Source of the DNA: Podarcis bocagei
Lineage: Eukaryota
Strand: one strand, 5' to 3'
Assembly (NCBI GenBank): GCA_964188305.1
Contig: OZ076895.1
Length of the DNA stretch: 64,000 nt
The translations under genes were made by a program, and so were the position numbers. Each line of letters starts with the position of its first letter. The first letter of the stretch is position 1. Below, one piece after another: positions 61,366-64,000 of the stretch. The notes beneath the pieces are model-generated. The model was not told the DNA's origin. It searched no databases and saw nothing but the letters and a program-made list of their open reading frames with translations.

Positions 61366-63123
61366 CCTTTCCTTCACAGTTACAAAGCATGAATGTAATT
61401 GTGGTCTGCAACACATATGGGTTTCCTTTTTTCTGTATGGTTTGCCTGCAACAAGAGAGGTCTAAGAGAGCATTGGTGAAAATAGTATAACTCTACAATT
61501 TATTTACACTCAAATAAAAACAGGCAGGGTTCTTGTGGGACCTTAAAGACTAACACTCTCGTTACGGAATATACTTCTCCCTGTCTGTGAAGTGCTTCTG
61601 AATTGCAGGAATATAATCCCATTTTCTTTTGGGGGGAAAGAGATAGCAAACATACTGTCAGAAGGAAAGGAAATGCACAGATGGTGATAGTTACATTAAC
61701 AGTAACAGTACATTAACACACACAAAAGAAGAGTTGATAACATAGACATTTTGCCATTGGAAAGCTAATTAAGACGTGTAGTATGGATTTTTTTAAAAAA
61801 TCCTTTGATATTGAAACAGTTATCAAGCAACACTTTCAAAGCAGGACATAAAGATTCATGCACACTGAATTTTTTCACCCTTTTACAGTTCCCCCTTGTG
61901 TGTTAGAGACACTTCCTATAACAATTTTTTAAAAAGTCTTATCAGAGCCAAAACAGCAAAGAAAGGAAATTGAGGTATCTGTTCAGGTGCAAACATAATG
62001 TAGTTCTGAATCCAAAGCAATTTCTTTGACTGGAAAAAATGCAGTGGTTTGAAGAAAGGAGAAAAATATATTTTTGTTAGCCAATGTAGCTGTCTTCTGT
62101 GGGTTTCTACTAGTATAAAAATCTGGCATTAATTTAAAAATGCTCTTAAAGGAATGCAAAAGCATGATAATAATATCTTCAGTGTTTTCAAGCTAAGAGG
62201 AAGAATCTTTAGGGGAAAATCTAGTACATGTCTTCACAAGTTTCTTCTCAAGATCCCCAAAGGAAACAATAAATGTAGCTACCTTAACCATTTTATTTTC
62301 TTGGGTTTGTAAACTGCAGACACACCTTTCATAACCAGAAATCACTTTTTTTCTTCCTTTTACTTCATCATTATTTTGCAGCTACCATGCTGTAATGTCA
62401 GGATCTTGCTCAAGTGAGGAACACAAGAAGCTGCTATTCTGGTATAGTCTTCTCTGACAGACAACACTTCTCCACATTAACTGACCTGATTCTTTAAACT
62501 GGAGTGAGTCATGGACTTTATGCAAAAGAAATGGGGAAAAGAACAAACAGTGATGACCACTGGAAAGCAAAATAGCTGTAGCGATTATTAATTACGTACC
62601 ATTGGTGCTAACACAAACATCCTGGCATTCGTAAACTGATCAACACACAATGTGTTAACTGTAATCTTGATTAAATCCACAGGTAACAGATTTGAATTGC
62701 CTGATGCAGCAGTATGCTTGCCACTTGAAGGGAAAGGAAAAACTCATGGGAACAAACTTAGCTTGCTGGGAAGGAAGCAGGTGTAGAAACTTGCTACTTA
62801 AAAGTAACTGTGCAAACAATGCTTGTGTAAACCCTCAGTGAATATGCACTGTTTCAATAGAGTTTTTCTTCTCTTGAAATGTGCTTCTAAAAACACTTTT
62901 AGGTGAAGTATAAAAACATAGTGCAAAAGAAAATAAATCCTCTGTAAGTGAAAATTGACATATTGATATATTTGGTGTAAGATGTTTTTCTTACAGTATA
63001 AGGCAGCTTGCAAGACATTTAAAATACAACAACATGGAAAAACATTATTGGGGTATGGTGGTGGGCAAAGTTGTGTGCATTACTGCCCCATTCCTAAGGA
63101 CCTCTTCAGATGCTACTGGAACA

Positions 63124-63399
63124 AAAATATTAGGCTTTAAAAAGTCAGAACATCTGAAGACTCAGAGGAACACGAACACATTTATTGCCTCATTTCTTCT
63201 TGCATCCGCCACCAGGATCCAGAAGCTGTGAGAGGCAACAGCCACCTAGATGCAGGTGTCCTGCCCTATGAAGGACTACCATCTGGCATCTTCAGTAGTC
63301 ATTTTTAGGTCAGGATAATTTCTTCTGATATCTGCTGCAGCCCAGAGATTCAAAATCAGAATATTCAGATGTTCTGACTTTTTAAGGCCTGATATTTTT
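63124..63399. repeat. ~35-bp inverted repeat pair around a ~205-bp spacer
   Basis: aaaatattaggctttaaaaagtcagaacatctgaa (63124-63158) versus ttcagatgttctgactttttaaggcctgatattttt (63364-63399). Confidence 0.75.
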
Positions 63400-64000
63400 G
63401 TGATTCTACTTTGAATCTTTAGGCATTTAGAAGACACAGGGAGGCTGAGGAAAATTATTTGTGCTTTCTCTTTAAAATATGCTAAGTAACTTACAAGCTC
63501 CCCTGATCTCAGTCTTTCTCTCTTTTATATGCACTCTATGGAACATCAGCTGGGGCTTTATATTTATGCTTCCTCTGTTACAAAGGCACCAGCATAGCAA
63601 CTAGAACACAGCTGTTCTGTATCTGTCTGCCCCCCACTCCTTACCTCCAAAACATCATTCAGTTGAACTCAGTGATACTGGCAAAACTTTGTCTTACCTT
63701 CACTGAACAGGTTTTTCCAGGCTTTCAGTAGAACTGTTCTTCCCTTTTCAGCATATCTTAGTGCTGTTTGTAAAGAAGAAATCAGTTGTGTTCACTATCT
63801 CACCATTAATGTAATTCTGTCTTCAATAATGATTTTCCCCCCTAGCAGTTTTAAAAGTTTCTCTGAAGCTTTTGTAGTTTAAAGTATTGTGGGCCATATA
63901 GAGATGTCTGGACTCTGAAGGGCCAAATTCAGCCCTAGGGCTGTTATGGTGAATTTGGTATATAAATAGGAATTATTATAACCAGGGAGAAATAAGAGTA

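Overview
Vertebrate genomic DNA, almost certainly from a squamate and probably a lacertid lizard, judging by a young Sauria-type SINE and the MITE repertoire. The + strand carries the 3' ~85% of the coding sequence of PPP1R12A (MYPT1, myosin phosphatase targeting subunit 1): exons 4-26 at 1829-41059, with a 3' UTR to about 43130. All constitutive splice junctions were read by hand, are GT-AG and are phase-compatible. About 15 kb downstream, in the same orientation, lie the CpG island and first coding exon of PAWR (Par-4, 59361-59870). Three MYPT1 alternative exons are invisible to the ORF track: a 117-nt in-frame cassette duplicating the WRxGLRKTG motif of exon 10, the 31-nt smooth-muscle exon E24 (leucine-zipper-negative switch), and a MYPT2-like alternative C-terminal exon that is a diverged copy of the last exon. 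Exons 11 and 12 appear fused by precise intron loss. Introns and the intergenic region contain Tc1/mariner-pogo and hAT MITEs (one young 878-bp element filled with nested palindromes), a deleted Tc1 transposon, SINEs, RTE/CR1 LINE fragments and microsatellites. Exon numbers follow the convention in which the 31-nt exon is E24. Comparisons to human or chicken proteins are from recalled knowledge, not from alignments run here.
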